A stretch of DNA of 64,000 bases from contig NEEC01000011.1 of NCBI GenBank assembly GCA_002189035.1, positions 744,001 through 808,000 of the forward strand, given 5' to 3'. The translations under genes and the position numbers were made by a program. This stretch comes from Utricularia gibba. Its lineage: Eukaryota; Plantae; Magnoliophyta. Below, in pieces: positions 1 to 12,620 of this stretch. Below the pieces are notes generated by a model. It was given only the letters and a program-made list of their open reading frames with translations. It ran no database searches and was not told the DNA's origin. The first letter of the stretch is position 1. Every line of letters begins with the position of its first letter.

Positions 1-130
1 TGTCAGAACAAGCTAGAGAGCCATCAAGTAATCACATGCATGTACTGTAGTATTCTAAATCAATGTGCATCAAAAGGCATATTGTTTTTCTTGTGTTGTT
101 GTAGGTACAGAGGTCTCGTAAAAGCATGCA

Positions 131-770
131 TGATAACACACATTTTTTAGTAATTGAGTATAGAGAAATGACCCATATTATGCAACATATCATAAGTTTT
201 ATTGCCTATTTCTACGTTTTGGTGTATAGTATCATAGTTGTACTTTTTATTTCTAGTTGGCACTAAATCTACAATTTAGTCCCAACCTTAGTTCTAATAG
301 TTTTCTTTAAGCAATGCAGCACATGTCAAGAACCCAAATTCCAAGAAGCCATATATGAATAATAAAGTGATAGAGGATGAGACAAAAGGCGGAAAAAGGC
401 TGAAATGAAGGACACAAAATCCAAGAAGAGGAAAAAGGAGGATTTTGGACATGAGAAAAGATGGAGAGAGAAAAGGGGGAAGACTAACCAGGAACGAAGC
501 TGATATTTGAAGACCATCTTTTGTTTACAAAGAATATAACTCTCAACTAAGAGTAGCTAGTGAAAGTTTTAGTTTTCTATTGAACTTTTTAAATTCCTTG
601 CTTGTTTAATGTCTTGTTGATAGCACACAAATTTTCATGTTTTTAGAATATGAAAATCATGAGTTTTTAATTATGTTTAGTTGTTTAGGTTCTAGTTTTA
701 AGTATTTTTATATATAATTTCGGAAAATGTGATTTTTGGTGTTTTAGTGGGCTAAATCACTTGATTTAGC
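131..770 (+). mobile_element. Athila-like LTR, 5' fragment
   Basis: Starts TGATAACAC at 131; 131-520 aligns by eye to the reverse complement of about 32560-32900 and resembles 14700-15066 (same LTR family). Confidence 0.6.
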
Positions 771-1899
771 CCACCCATGTGCTAACCGATAATTGGAGAA
801 TTTCTTCACAAAATATTTCAATGGTAAGTATATTTTTAAATAGAATACATTTGTTATTGGTGAAGTGCATTTTAATACTTTCAATTTCCATTAATGGAAA
901 AAAACCCAAAATATTGAAGTGATTTTATTGATGAGTACATATTATATGATTCTGTCGTAAAGTCTACTATCCAATAGAGTATTACAATATGGATTCTATA
1001 ATGGAGAGATCATCAACAATGTCCTTCTAGAAAAATTTTCACTATGGATGTATTTTATTTTATATTGCTTATTAGAATTTTATGTTTGAATCATTGGATG
1101 GATTTTTTTAATAATTGAAATCTAAGCATTAATACAATTGGCTTAGTACAATAGTACTACATGTACTTATATTTTAGGGACTCGTAATGCTCTGAATGCT
1201 CATCTCCTTTTGCAATTGGAGATTTCCCATGTCGAAATGTTTCCACATAGCTACATACATCATCCACTTCATATAACCCTTCCAAGAATAATCAAAGGTA
1301 TCTATCACTCGGTAGTGCATTTTCGTCCCTTGGCATAATGCTGTAAGTTAAGGAAAATATTGCATTGTTTACCTATGAAAGAGTTAGCACACATAGATTC
1401 TATAGTAGCTACGTGCAATGATAAACACATTGCCAAATTTAGAAGTGACTTTTATCGTGAATCATCGATCAACAATGTATTACTAGTGTTATAACAATAG
1501 TTGAAGGTTGTATCATCATCCCAAATATATCACAAATCCTTAAATTTAAAAGTGTTAAAGCTCATACCAATGGATATTCCTATGTCAGTACACTTACTTA
1601 TACCCCAACAAAGTGCTATCTCTACAATGGCAACCCGCAAGGATGAAGTTGACTATTTTATTTATAAGTCCACTATAAATCAAAATAGTGATTAGTAGTT
1701 AAAATACACCAATGAATTGTTATTCGGTAAACTTATTCTTTTATCGTGAGGATCAAATGGCCATGTCAAACATTTCCATGTGCAAAGTTATAAATTCACT
1801 ACAATTTGATCTCCTCCTTGTAAACATCATGATCTACTGTATGTTGTCCTTCTACCTGATGTTCTGCAAGATGATTCTGCACTATTCTTATTCTAAGGG

Positions 1900-2583
1900 G
1901 AGTGCCACATGAAATGCGTACTGCATCTCGGACATTCGAAGTTGGTGGTTAAATATCTCTCCATCTCATGACTTTTGCTATTAGTAATACCCCAAGACAT
2001 TGTTTGCCATCTTCATCTAACGGTTGGATACCATAAAATATAAAAAACTCTTAGTTGGAAACTTAAGAAATGTTAAGAAAATCAAAAGAATCTTACAAAG
2101 AAAACATTTTCTACCCATTGGTTTTCTAACACTGGATGAAGTCAAAAGTTGTCAAGGCATTCTTATCTTTACATCTTCTAGTAGAGTAACCCATATGAAA
2201 CTAGTCTACGAATTTCCATAGGAGTCTCTTAAACTTGTTACCATTTTAATTCCCGCTTTTGATAATATTATGAAATGATTTGTGTGAGCAATCCTGGAGC
2301 ACTTTGCAATGCTAAACAATGTACCAACACTAAACGGATATCCATAATCTTCACATAACCTCATAAACACAACGATACTTCCAATGGAAGATGGTGTTAA
2401 ATGATATAATGGAAGATGTACTAAACAAAGCATGAACTCGACAAATGGTTGGATAGGTAATCTTAACCCACATCTAAAATGCTGAATGCTAACTACAAAA
2501 GCACGGGTGCCTACCCGTTGTGGTGGTTGATCTGAAATTTGTTCATCATCTTCTTTGTCTGATATTACAAAATTTTTGGACAC
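1900..2583 (-). pseudogene. Transposase_28 (PF04195, 'putative gypsy-type transposon') domain pseudogene
   Basis: ORF 2206-2583 contains F-x-x-GLRLPIQPF...HLTPSSIGSIVVFMRLCEDYGYPFSVGTLF, matching the GLRLP-x-x-PF...QLxPN...F-x-x-LC pattern of this family; the frame continues past the TAG as TSFIWV (WKxxFFFV-like). Confidence 0.65.
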
Positions 2584-2939
2584 TACGTATCTTTGTCTGA
2601 TCTTTTCACTAAAAGTCAGGAATCATTGTGAATGCTAGTGAAATTAGGAAAATACAACATGTAGAGAATATATAAAATAAAGAGATGTCACATACCTTGA
2701 ATGAATTGATTCGATTTGAAATGTTGTACAGGAAGAAGATTTTTCTAAAAAAAACAATTTATCTTTAGAAAAATTCACATACATAGAGAAGAAGAAGTTG
2801 GATTTTTGAAGGTGAAGGTTGAAGAAGCGGTGGAATTGGAGAAGAAGGCGTAGGGTTTGAGGAGGGAGTTGGTATCTGTTTAATTAAGATAGGTATGCAT
2901 TTAATTTTTTATGTATTTTAAATTTTTCCAAAAATATAT

Positions 2940-3068
2940 GAAAAAATTAACTACAATGTAGATTTATCAATGTCATAAGTATACTTTTTAATAAAAAAAT
3001 AGAATATTATGACTACAAATTGCAAGGAATTAAATAGTTAAGACTCTATTATTACAAAATTTTCACCG
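2940..3068. repeat. possible MULE-type terminal inverted repeat remnant
   Basis: AT-rich GACTACAAATTGCAAGG...GACTCTATTATTACAAAATTTTCACC, resembling Mutator-like TIR ends; no partner TIR found. Confidence 0.3.
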
Positions 3069-3612
3069 TCTAAGCACCGGACATTGTTTGATGTACTAAG
3101 GGGTGCCTAGAAATGCTTTGGGCATTGCTTATGGATATAAGTGGTGTCTAGGAATATTATGGGTGTTGCTTATGGTCGTACACGGTGCCTAGAAATGCTT
3201 TGGAAGTTGATTCAAAATGTCACAGGCATTGCTTTTGAGTACAAAAGGTGCCCAACATCAACTCTAGGTGCTGCTTCTTTATTTCAACAATGCCCATCAA
3301 GGCCGTGTGCTGCCAAGAAGTATATGCAAATGCTAATAGTGCCATGGGCATCATACCTGTGTCATGCTTAAGATACGGTAAATTATTTTATATGATATTG
3401 TTTTTAGCACAATGATAGATGTAATGATATGCTAATTTATTTTTTTCACTTATAGAGATAAAACCCATAACTCTTTCAAATTCAGATTTTTACCAAGAAT
3501 GCTTGGTGTAGTAGAGGTATCAGTCTCATGGGCATCATACCTCTGTTGTGTTGCAAAATAATGTATCAATAATCTAGGTAACACATTGATGAGGTATTGG
3601 TACAGATGGCAT

Positions 3613-4250
3613 TCATGATGATTTTGCAAGTGCACAGAAACTGTCGAAGAAATAAAATAAGTTTGTATCTACGGAGAATTGTTATTGGAATTTCTTTTCA
3701 AAAAAGACTCAAAAAGACTAAAAACAAAAAAAAGATTTCGTTTTAAAAACAATAAGAAAAGTGGCCTTGAATCGAACATCCACCTTACTCAAAACTCGTC
3801 CCTTGCATGTGTGCAAACCTTGATCACATACCTGGTTGCACAAGCTCTGGGGGTGTTATTCTAAAGTAGTGCTACTTGATGATCGTTATAGCACCGTCCC
3901 TTGTTTTGTGGGATTATTGAATCAACCACGCCACCAGAGCCATACGCGTAGGTAAAGAAAACGTTGCAAAAAACAGAATCAAACCTCAATTTAAATGTCG
4001 AAAAACATAGTAAAACAGTCACACGCGTAGGACTTGCGCAAGCAATACTTCACCGCAGATCCTCAGCCGCAAGCGCCTACACGCACAGACTTGACTCCAA
4101 CATGAAAATAGATATGAAAATAGGAAAAGTACAAAGGAAAAGTGGTCAAAGACATTTCTAATGGTTGAGAGGGGTGGGGTATTTATAGGAGAGTTGATCC
4201 AAGTCCTCGTATTGAGCTTATTCGATGAGCTATGATAAGATCTTCATAAT
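3613..4250 (-). repeat. 3' LTR (deleted copy)
   Basis: Direct repeat of about 6861-7680, lacking about 190 bp internally (GAGCCAT joined to GGTAAAGAAAACG via ACGCGTA) and lacking the distal part of the LTR. Confidence 0.8.
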
Positions 4251-5518
4251 TTTTTGAGATAGAGCTTGATCACTCAGTTGAAAATTGCTCTCAACTTTTC
4301 TTCTTTTGTACTAGAGCTACTGGTTCTACAGCTTGCACAACCAAACGAACAAAACTGTTCTCCAGATGCTCCTTCCTTGGGTCACGAGAAATCGCAGTGG
4401 GCTATAGTCGTAAAAACGGAGTTGGCTTCTGTTGTGGTGATTCAAATAAAAGGGTTTCAAGCCAAGCGGGGCTCACTAAGCGGATTAGAGGTGGGATATT
4501 AGAGATTAAAAAAAGGGAAAATCCTAATGCCTCAATCCCTTTGCGCAAGACTTGTAGAATAACTCAGCAATATACACAAGAACAAGCCCATGATCGTGCT
4601 ACATTCAGGTCACTTATAAAGAAAAGAGAATAAAACTGGTCTCCTCACCAAGAAGGTAGGGCTATGTAGCTTGCACAAGGAGTAGAAAATGAACAGCATG
4701 CAAAAGAATATCTTAGCAAGAAGCATGTCAAAATTCTAATACACAGCAACTATCTTGAAGAAGTAATACCAAAAACAAAAGCTTAAGTTCCAACAAAACA
4801 CCAAATGAGAGGTTGTGATAAGTCAGTAAATAAAATTACATTCCATTTGAAGAAAAATGAAAATGATCCTTCTCCCCCACACTTGAATAAGAACTTATTT
4901 GCAAATATTGAAAAAAAAACTGACCTAGATCATGTATTCTAAAAAGTGGAATTTTCTTCATTTGGACAACCCATATAAGTTGCATGATATGTGCATTTTC
5001 GTAGTCATTCATATCAGCCTGTTCGCAACCTTTAAATGCAGAAACCTCATTGCGCAAGTTGCAATTCTACTTGCATAAGCATACTCGGCATATATCAAAA
5101 CTCATACTTTCAGATCTTATCTCTATAAAATCATCTCTCAACAAATTTATTAGAAAACAGAAAACACTCTAAAACATAAAGATTTATCCTACTCAATAAA
5201 ATTAAACGAATCAAACAAACCAACTTGTTTTTGAATGGCAACAAGTAAACCATGCCTTGGTAAAAGCTTAACGTGGTTGATATGGAAATATGTGAAAGCA
5301 AAGAGCAAACCTCTTGAATTTTCCATGAAGCTTCTTCCATTTTCTATTGCTCCATAATTTATTTTGAAAGAGCCTCTTGATTGCACAAATCACATTCCAT
5401 CTTGATTTAAAATTTCTAAAAAAAATTCATGGTTTCAAAACAAGACTAAAAATTTATCACCTTTTATGCATCTCATCTTGAGCAAGTGCCCATCATGCTA
5501 TTTTTTGGTTTGCTCTTT

Positions 5519-6690
5519 TTATGACTCAAATGGAAAGCTCCAGTGCATGGAATCAATGCATGGACTTGAAATCGAAGCTTCCTTGAGTTGCTGCATTCTA
5601 CAAAAGAAATCTTTGTCAAAAACAAAAACATATTTTTCAAAAAAATCCTTACTTGTGATGATAAGTTCTTCTTCCTTCAAATCTTTTTCTATGAAGCTTA
5701 GGGACCGTTGAACCTCCTCTTGATGTGTTTCCTGATCACATAATTCTTGGGTGTGGTCCTCAAAAAGATCTGCTCCTTGCAAATGTTCATATGTAACACA
5801 ATCTATTTCTATAGCTTGCGCAAGGTCAGGGACACACATTGTTGGAACTCCATCTTCAGTTTTAATATCCTCACATCTAGTGGGGTTCTTTTCCAATTAA
5901 CATGAATACTCTAGTGTGTAGATGGCTTCCAAATCATTCAATTGAGCTTCTAGCATTTGATTTTTAGTTATGAGTTGCTACAACTTGTCACACATGTTAT
6001 GCACTCTCTTGATTTGATCTGAAAATTCTTCCTTTATTTGCTTGATTTGTTCAAAAAAATCTCTTCATTTGCTCTTGCCTCTCAATGATTTGACTCAACA
6101 TATCTCTCAAAGATGGACATTCAGGTTGTCTATCCGATTTGCATGACTTTCTCCTTGCGCAAGTCTGCTGTGAGACCTCGTGAATTTCTCCTCTAACTCT
6201 TCATCTTCAGAATCCCTTCCAAAATCATTGTCCTCTTAATCTAATGATGAATGAGATTGATAACTGGTGTATTGCTTTTTAAACTCCAATCTTTCTCGTA
6301 GCCAACACCATTATAATAAGTATGAGATTCATTGACAATCCTTTCTCTGGTGTAGTAACAATTTGTTGCTGGAAGTCTGCTTTGTTTTTTTGGCCATGCT
6401 TGTGCAAGCATCAATTGATCCCTGTTGTACCTGCGTGAAGGTGTCAATTCTGAATATGAAATCAAATGATTTACTTGATGGTCATGTGATTTGTGCACAT
6501 GAATGCATCTTTCAACATGTGATTCTTTAGGATAAAACACGTCATCCATCTTGTGAGACCACATCCTAGAATCTACCACCCAAGCAAAATATTGTTGTGC
6601 AAACCGGTATTTTGATCCAATTCGCCCATCAATTTTCTCGAATTCGAGATTAAAGGTTACATCTCGATCTGGTCTCCTCATATCTACACA
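5519..6690 (-). pseudogene. degenerate Athila-like gag remnant
   Basis: MRRPDRDVTFNLEFEKI resembles the FDPEIERT gag N-terminus; EKNPTRCEDIKTEDG resembles the NPKEECKAITLRSG gag C-terminal motif; directly downstream of the PBS; frameshifted. Confidence 0.5.
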
Positions 6691-6836
6691 AGCAAATGAT
6701 GAACGAAAATCGAAAACAAAATATTTTCTTCTTTTTTTTACCTCTTTTTTTATATGCAAGTGCGCGAATAGAGAAAAACTATGCAAATAACAGAAAAATA
6801 AGAAATAGCCTAAAACAAAATCCAAAGCGACACATA

Positions 6837-6854
6837 TCCCCAGCAACGGCGCCA
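6837..6854 (-). promoter_or_regulatory. primer-binding site (tRNA-Asp type, Athila)
   Basis: TGGCGCCGTTGCTGGGGA on the minus strand, 6 nt from the LTR end. Confidence 0.85.
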
Positions 6855-6860
6855 AAAACT

Positions 6861-8010
6861 TGATGGTGATTTTGCAAGTGCACAGAAATCGTCGATTAAT
6901 AAAATAAGATCATATCCACTGGGAATTGTTATTGGAATTTTCTTTTCAAACAAAGACTCAAAAAGACTGAAAAAAAAAAGAAAGATTTGGTTTTAAAAAC
7001 AATAAGAAAATGGCCTTGGATCGAAAATCCACCTTACTCAAAACTCATCCCTTGCGTGTGTCTAAACCTTGAAGACTGATCTAGTTGTGAAAGCTCTAGG
7101 AGTGTTATTCTAAAGTAGTACTACTTGAGGATCGTTATAGCACCTTCCCTTGTTCTGTGGGATTATTGAATCAACCACGCCACTAGAGCCATTTCGCCTC
7201 TTGTGATAACCCATGTTTTCTCCATATCCAAATCTAACCCTCACACCTCACAGCTCACAGACAGATTAAACAGAATGTGCCTTACCAATGATTTTTAATT
7301 GAGCCCTTTTCCTTAGGTGCTTGAGTCCAACCTTTGATTCTCTCGCACTACTTTCAGGTTATGTGATACTAAAGTGCACATTGGTAAAGAAAACGTTGCA
7401 AAAAACAGAATCAAACCTCAATTTAAATGTCAAAAAACATAGTAGAATAGTCACACGCGCAGAACTTGCGCAAGTAAGGCTTCATCGCAGATCCTCAGTC
7501 GCAAGCACCTACATCCACAGACTTGACTCCAACATGAAAATAGACACGAAAATAGGAAAAGTACAAAGGAAAAGTGGTCAAAGACGTCTCTAATGATTAA
7601 GAGGGTAGAGTATTTATAGGAGAGTAGATCCAAGTCTTTGTATTGAGCTTATTCGACGGGTTTGGATAAGATCTTCTATCCAAATCTTTTATCCAAATCT
7701 TTGAAGATCTTTTTTGTATCTCTATCTTATCTACGAATCTTAGACCAAATCTTTATCCTTTGACCAAGTCTTGGGCTGAGATTCGTTGCCCATCAAGTCC
7801 ATAATTTGGTGGATCCTGATTTCTCCTCAAATTAATCCAAAAGTACCCTAGAAATCCACAAAATACACTTTCTCTCCAAAAAGATCAAAGTAGTGTGAAA
7901 GATGCAAAATCAATTGAGAAATAATGAGAACGTGGAGTCTAAGATAAGTAAAAACAACACTCAAGAGTATTGGAAGAACATGTTTTGGAACAACATAAAA
8001 TCACTTATCA
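6861..8010 (-). repeat. 5' LTR (1150 bp)
   Basis: TGATAAGTG...CACCATCA termini on the minus strand, followed by the PBS. Confidence 0.85.
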
Positions 8011-8480
8011 GGCATGATGTCTAAAATGATGCATGATGTCTTTATGACTGATTTTCTTGTGTGAACTCTATTTCAAGTGACTCATCCAGTCTTGTCATAT
8101 ATCGTCTCGAATTTCTACCTTGCTAATCCATTGGCATTGTAAACCTCATTGACTGAGATCTCTCATGGCAGATATTCTTCTTACGAGTAGAGTCATGGAT
8201 CAACAAAAATGGTGCCAGTAGCCATGTATCCTCATATTGCAATGGTTGAATTTGATTCTTATATATTTTTGATTTACTATGCTAGATGTAACATGGAATT
8301 GATGACATCCTTAGGATCAATGTTTAGCATTTGGCATGCCTTCACATGAAAATTACAAGTATAATAGAAAGGCTCAAATACATAATCAACAGAGTGGGTC
8401 ATGTACCTATTGTCATGAAAGCATGGGATACCAAAATTCTCCACTTCCTACACGTGCACATGGCTTGACGAACCCTCACT
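8011..8480 (-). pseudogene. MuDR/Mutator transposase C-terminal remnant (SWIM zinc finger)
   Basis: Minus strand about 8460-8410 reads CTCRKW-(1-nt frameshift)-GIPCFH (SWIM CxC...CxH), followed by YKNQIQPLQYEDTW-like sequence; interrupted at 8010 by the LTR element and resumes left of 3612. Confidence 0.6.
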
Positions 8481-9199
8481 ATGAGCTTCTTTTGTTTATC
8501 ATTTTTTTTTGCAACTGGTAATCAAAACCTTTGTCTGATAAGATAATAGGACCTTACATTCCTTCTTTGTGAACATGGCATCAAGACTTAACTTCATAAA
8601 GTGTGAATTTGGGCTTTGAAAAGTAGTGCAGTCTATGATGGTTTCATAAGCCTCTCTAATTACCACTGTGTCTAATACTACACAATGTAGGGTTTATACT
8701 TATCAGCATCTATGCTTGGTGGTGCATTTTGCGTGAATTCATCCTCCATCTTATTGTTTGTGAACAGTTTTGCATTTTCTTTTGCTAGGTGTTTAACTCT
8801 TTGGCATCTTTTTCATCAAAGGTGGGAAGATATGGGTGGTGTTCAATATTGCAGACATTAGAAGGATTGGGTTTGTGTGTGTGTGTGTTAAGTTTTGGTT
8901 TTGGGGAGTTGTAGCAAATGAAGGAGGCTTGTATTTCTTTGCTTCATGTTGGGTTCACAATGAAGAGAGTACTTTGCTTGAATCTTGACCCTAAAGTAGA
9001 GAGATTTTGTGAAGTAAACAGAATTGTGAAAATGTTATTTGGGTTATCACTAGTTACTATATTTACATGGATGTGTTCCTTTTATAGAGCAAGATTTTAA
9101 TGATCATTGGCTAGACTTATACTTGTTCTGTAGGCAACCATTACAATGCATCAGTCACAAATAAAATACTACCTTTTTTTAAAATTATTGGAGAAAACT

Positions 9200-9830
9200 A
9201 GCTTGAGCATAGAGTTTTTTGAACCAAGTCTATCTTGTCACCACGAATAATTTCCTTGCTTAACAATAATTGTGGTTTTACCAATAATTATGCATTCGTT
9301 AATTTTCTTTCTTCTAAAGAGAGTAATATGTTTTTATACTATATCTATGAATTGCTTCTAACGATTTATCATTTTCTTATCAATTGTAATCGGATTATCC
9401 ATTACTCCAGCTAGTTGACGATTATATGTTTTTCGGATTTCCATTGGAGATTGGGAATAGATGGGCTATATGTAGGACCCATTTTAATGACAGGATTCAT
9501 CACTCATTCACTGCTTTAGTTGCATTGCTTATTACTCCGGGTTCTCCTTTTTTTTGTTTTCTTGTTCATAGAATTATGCTCAACCACTATCAAATATTGG
9601 CTAGTCTGTCCTATGGTGTGGCATTGGAAATTATATTCCATATTGGATTTTCTTTTATTGCTTTTGTGGAATAATTACTAATAATATCCGAAGGTTACCA
9701 GAAATGGAGAATCATATTAAAAGTGGGAGCTTAGGGATTAATTTCCATTAATATGAAATTATTATCTTATGATCATTCTATATTTTCGTTGTTGATAATA
9801 GGCATTCTTCCGTATCACACATAGGTTTTA
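9200..9830 (+). pseudogene. ndhD: plastid ndhD fragment (NUPT) with internal deletions
   Basis: ACG start at 9243 (NNFPWLTIIVVLPI-like), [17 protein letters not shown] at about 9455-9505, KVGA*GLISINMKLL at about 9720-9765, YSSVSHIGF at about 9805-9830. Confidence 0.85.
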
Positions 9831-11607
9831 GGGGTCATTTGGTACCAAAGTATTAGTATGTTTAAGTGTAATATAATTAAGTATATATATACTCAATCGT
9901 CGATAATGTTTGATATGCGAAAAAAAATTAAGTATATAAGTGGTATATATATATAACCAGTAAAAACGTTATAATTACAAGTTTTCAATAATTTCAATGA
10001 TAACAAGCTATTTAACTGAATAATTCTATTATTTTATACTAGATATATCATACAAAAAGAGTACGCAAAAGAAATCAAAATTTAATCTAATTTATTTTTA
10101 AATTCAAATTGATTCTAATATGTTCCTTAGAAAGCGATTACTAACCATTATTGATATATATTGGTTATGAAAATTATAAATATGATTCGTATATTTTTCT
10201 TTTCTACTTATAATATAAAAATTTGGCGTAATGAGTCTCAAATATTTTAAAACATTAATAAAATTTATCCTCATTCTCTATAAAATTAGATTCCATAAAT
10301 TTAGTTCACAAATAATTGAACTAAGTGGTATTAGCAAATATTAAATATTCAAAAATTTGATAAAGTTAATTTTCTTATTAATCTTGGCGAATTTTTAGAA
10401 TAATGAGAATTAATTATCCCTAGTATTCTAACAGTGATAAATAAAAATTATTTTTATTTGAAAATTGTGTCTTTAAAAAATGGAAGTTATGTGAAAATTA
10501 TGCTTTCAAGAAATTACTATTGATTTCATGCATATAGAAAATTGATTGTGGATTTGTTGAAATTAAATATTTTAATAAAATAAAATTATCTGCAAGCATT
10601 TTGTAAGAATTGTAGTTGGTATAGAAAAATTTTGTATTTAGAAAATTTGAAATTGTTTATAAATTATTAAAACGGTTAAATTCACTCATTAATTCATCAG
10701 TTGAATTATGAATTATAATTTTCAAAATAATTATACGTATGTTTGATTTTAGTTATAATATATTTAAATACATAATTCTTGTACCATGAATTACAATATG
10801 TATAATATTTAAAATTATATAGACTATATTTTGAAGTATTATTTTAATGTTTAAAATACATATTACCTCTCAATTGCTAAAAGTACTAAAAAGACCACTG
10901 GATTGCAAATATAATTACTCTCTTAATACTCTATTTAACCAATTTCGCCCCCTTTTTACATGTCAACAACAATGAATTGTATAATAATAGAATTTGTTTA
11001 TTTTTTAAATTGTGACTCCCAAAATATTTATCCTACTCTCTATTTTTCAATTAATTTATTTCATATTATTTTTAGGATATTTTGCGAAACAGAGATAGTC
11101 AAAATGATTTTTCTCTTCTCTCATGTGATAGAGAATAGAGTAAAAAATCCTGATTTAAATGATTCGTAATCAATAGCTTCATGGAAAAAGTGATTGTTTT
11201 TAAGATCAAAGAAATTAAGGGATCTGAGAAAAAGATTGTAAAATTTTCTTTCCCTTTAAATGGGGCAGAGGATTGGAAATCCTGATGTTACCATTCCTTT
11301 CCAGAACGGTTTAACTTTGGATAAAGCATTATTTTTTTGGACTTATAAACTACATCTTCATAGATTTATCTATGTTGGCAATCTAGACTTCATCTACTTT
11401 ATAAATTATTAAAAAATGTTTATAAAACGAAACTCTATTTTATTTCTTTTTATCCATTAAAAAAAATGTTAATTCTTTATACATGTTTGAAAGGTTCCTC
11501 GGTTGGTTGCAACCTCCGGTTGAAATAAACAAGATTTGGTTCAAATAAGATACAAATAAAGCAAAATTTACCCCATTTAATTTCTTTGTACAAGTATCTT
11601 CCAAATA

Positions 11608-11830
11608 GGAAAAATTGCATCAAACAATCCAATTGCTTTAATTAATGATAAAAATGATTCCTATAATTTGATGTAAATTGCACGCTTCATTCCCGTTGGC
11701 TAAATTGATCCCGAACAATTTACTTATCAAATGCAATTGATCCCCAAACTTTAAGATTTCTTATCAAATAAAATCAATCCCCAAAATTTCATTCCTAGGT
11801 ATTTTTAGTTTCCATCATCAAACACATTAG
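11608..11830. repeat. MULE-like TIR fragment
   Basis: GGAAAAATTGCATCAAACAATCC start with repeated TTGATCCCCAAA motifs, typical of Mutator-like TIRs; no partner found. Confidence 0.35.
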
Positions 11831-11959
11831 GTCTATGCTGTCAATAAAATAATAACATATGATAATAAAATCAAAATATTAAAAAATTAAAAAATAAAGT
11901 AACCTACAAACTTTTTTTTAGAAAACTGAGGGGGTAATGGTCCCCTTGGGTCCGCCCCT

Positions 11960-12430
11960 GGCTCCGTGGATTCAAAGAAAATTTGTTGTTGCATTGCATA
12001 GGAGTAGTGACCTCTCTGATCACATAAGGATTAAAACTAGATAAAATATCAGCTAGATATCTCTTCTGCAAGTGAACTAAACCATCTAGAGATGATCTTA
12101 ATTCGATGCTCAATAAGTAATGAGCAGTGTGAAGATCCTTGATGGTAAATCTAGAATGGAGTGTGGCCTTTAATTTGGTAACAGCTTGTAACAAGAAATC
12201 AACAATAAGGATGTCATCTTCATAAATCAGGAGAGCCAAAAATGAATTTGATACCCAGTAGACAAAGAGGCATGCACCAGGAGTAGGTTGAGTGAACTAA
12301 AGAGCTAACATAAAATGTGGGATTCCCATGTTCCATTGCCGGGAAGCTTGTTTGAGCTCATAGAGTGATTTCTTTAATAGACATACATCCCCTGGTGGGC
12401 AGCATGGTCGCTCATTGGGCACCATGTAGA
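11960..12430 (-). pseudogene. Ty1/copia reverse transcriptase fragment
   Basis: CLLKKSLYELKQASRQW and LLIYEDDILI (YVDD motif), then RFTIKDL...QKRYLADIL. Confidence 0.85.
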
Positions 12431-12469
12431 TTTCTTCATTTAGTTTACTAAAACAATCACGTATATGAA

Positions 12470-12620
12470 ATTAAAACAGTCAAGTAAATAAGAAATTAAA
12501 TATCACTAGTAATCGATTGTGTCTAATCTTTTCTAATATGATTCATGTTTTTTATATACTTTGGTTTCATGCATGCTTGTCCGATCCATCGGATTCTAAA
12601 TTTCAGCATGGTATCAAAGT
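12470..12620 (+). mobile_element. possible LTR 3' end plus tRNA-iMet PBS of a further element
   Basis: ...ATTCTAAATTTCA GCA TGGTATCAAAG at about 12595-12619 (canonical PBS is TGGTATCAGAGC). Confidence 0.35.

Larger units (their letters stand above)
3613..8010 (-). mobile_element. Athila-derived non-autonomous LTR retroelement (gag only, TR-GAG-like)
   Basis: 5-bp TSD GGCAT at 3608-3612 and 8011-8015; homologous LTRs at 3613-about 4250 and 6861-8010; PBS at 6837-6854; no RT or integrase motifs inside. Confidence 0.85.

Noticed and set aside
3105-3205. Twice-repeated GGTGCCTAGAAATGCTTTGG as a CRISPR-like repeat
   Set aside because: Only two copies, in a eukaryotic TE context, with no cas genes; an ordinary short duplication.
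8875-8890. (TG)n tract; also (AT)n near 22896 and (GAT)n near 23740
   Set aside because: Ordinary short microsatellites.
11100-11520. Possible further plastid fragment
   Set aside because: Composition is suggestive, but I could not match it to any plastid gene from memory.
11925-11965. GC-rich CAGGGGCGGACCC motif (minus strand) as a hAT/MITE terminus
   Set aside because: Single short motif with no partner end or TSD.
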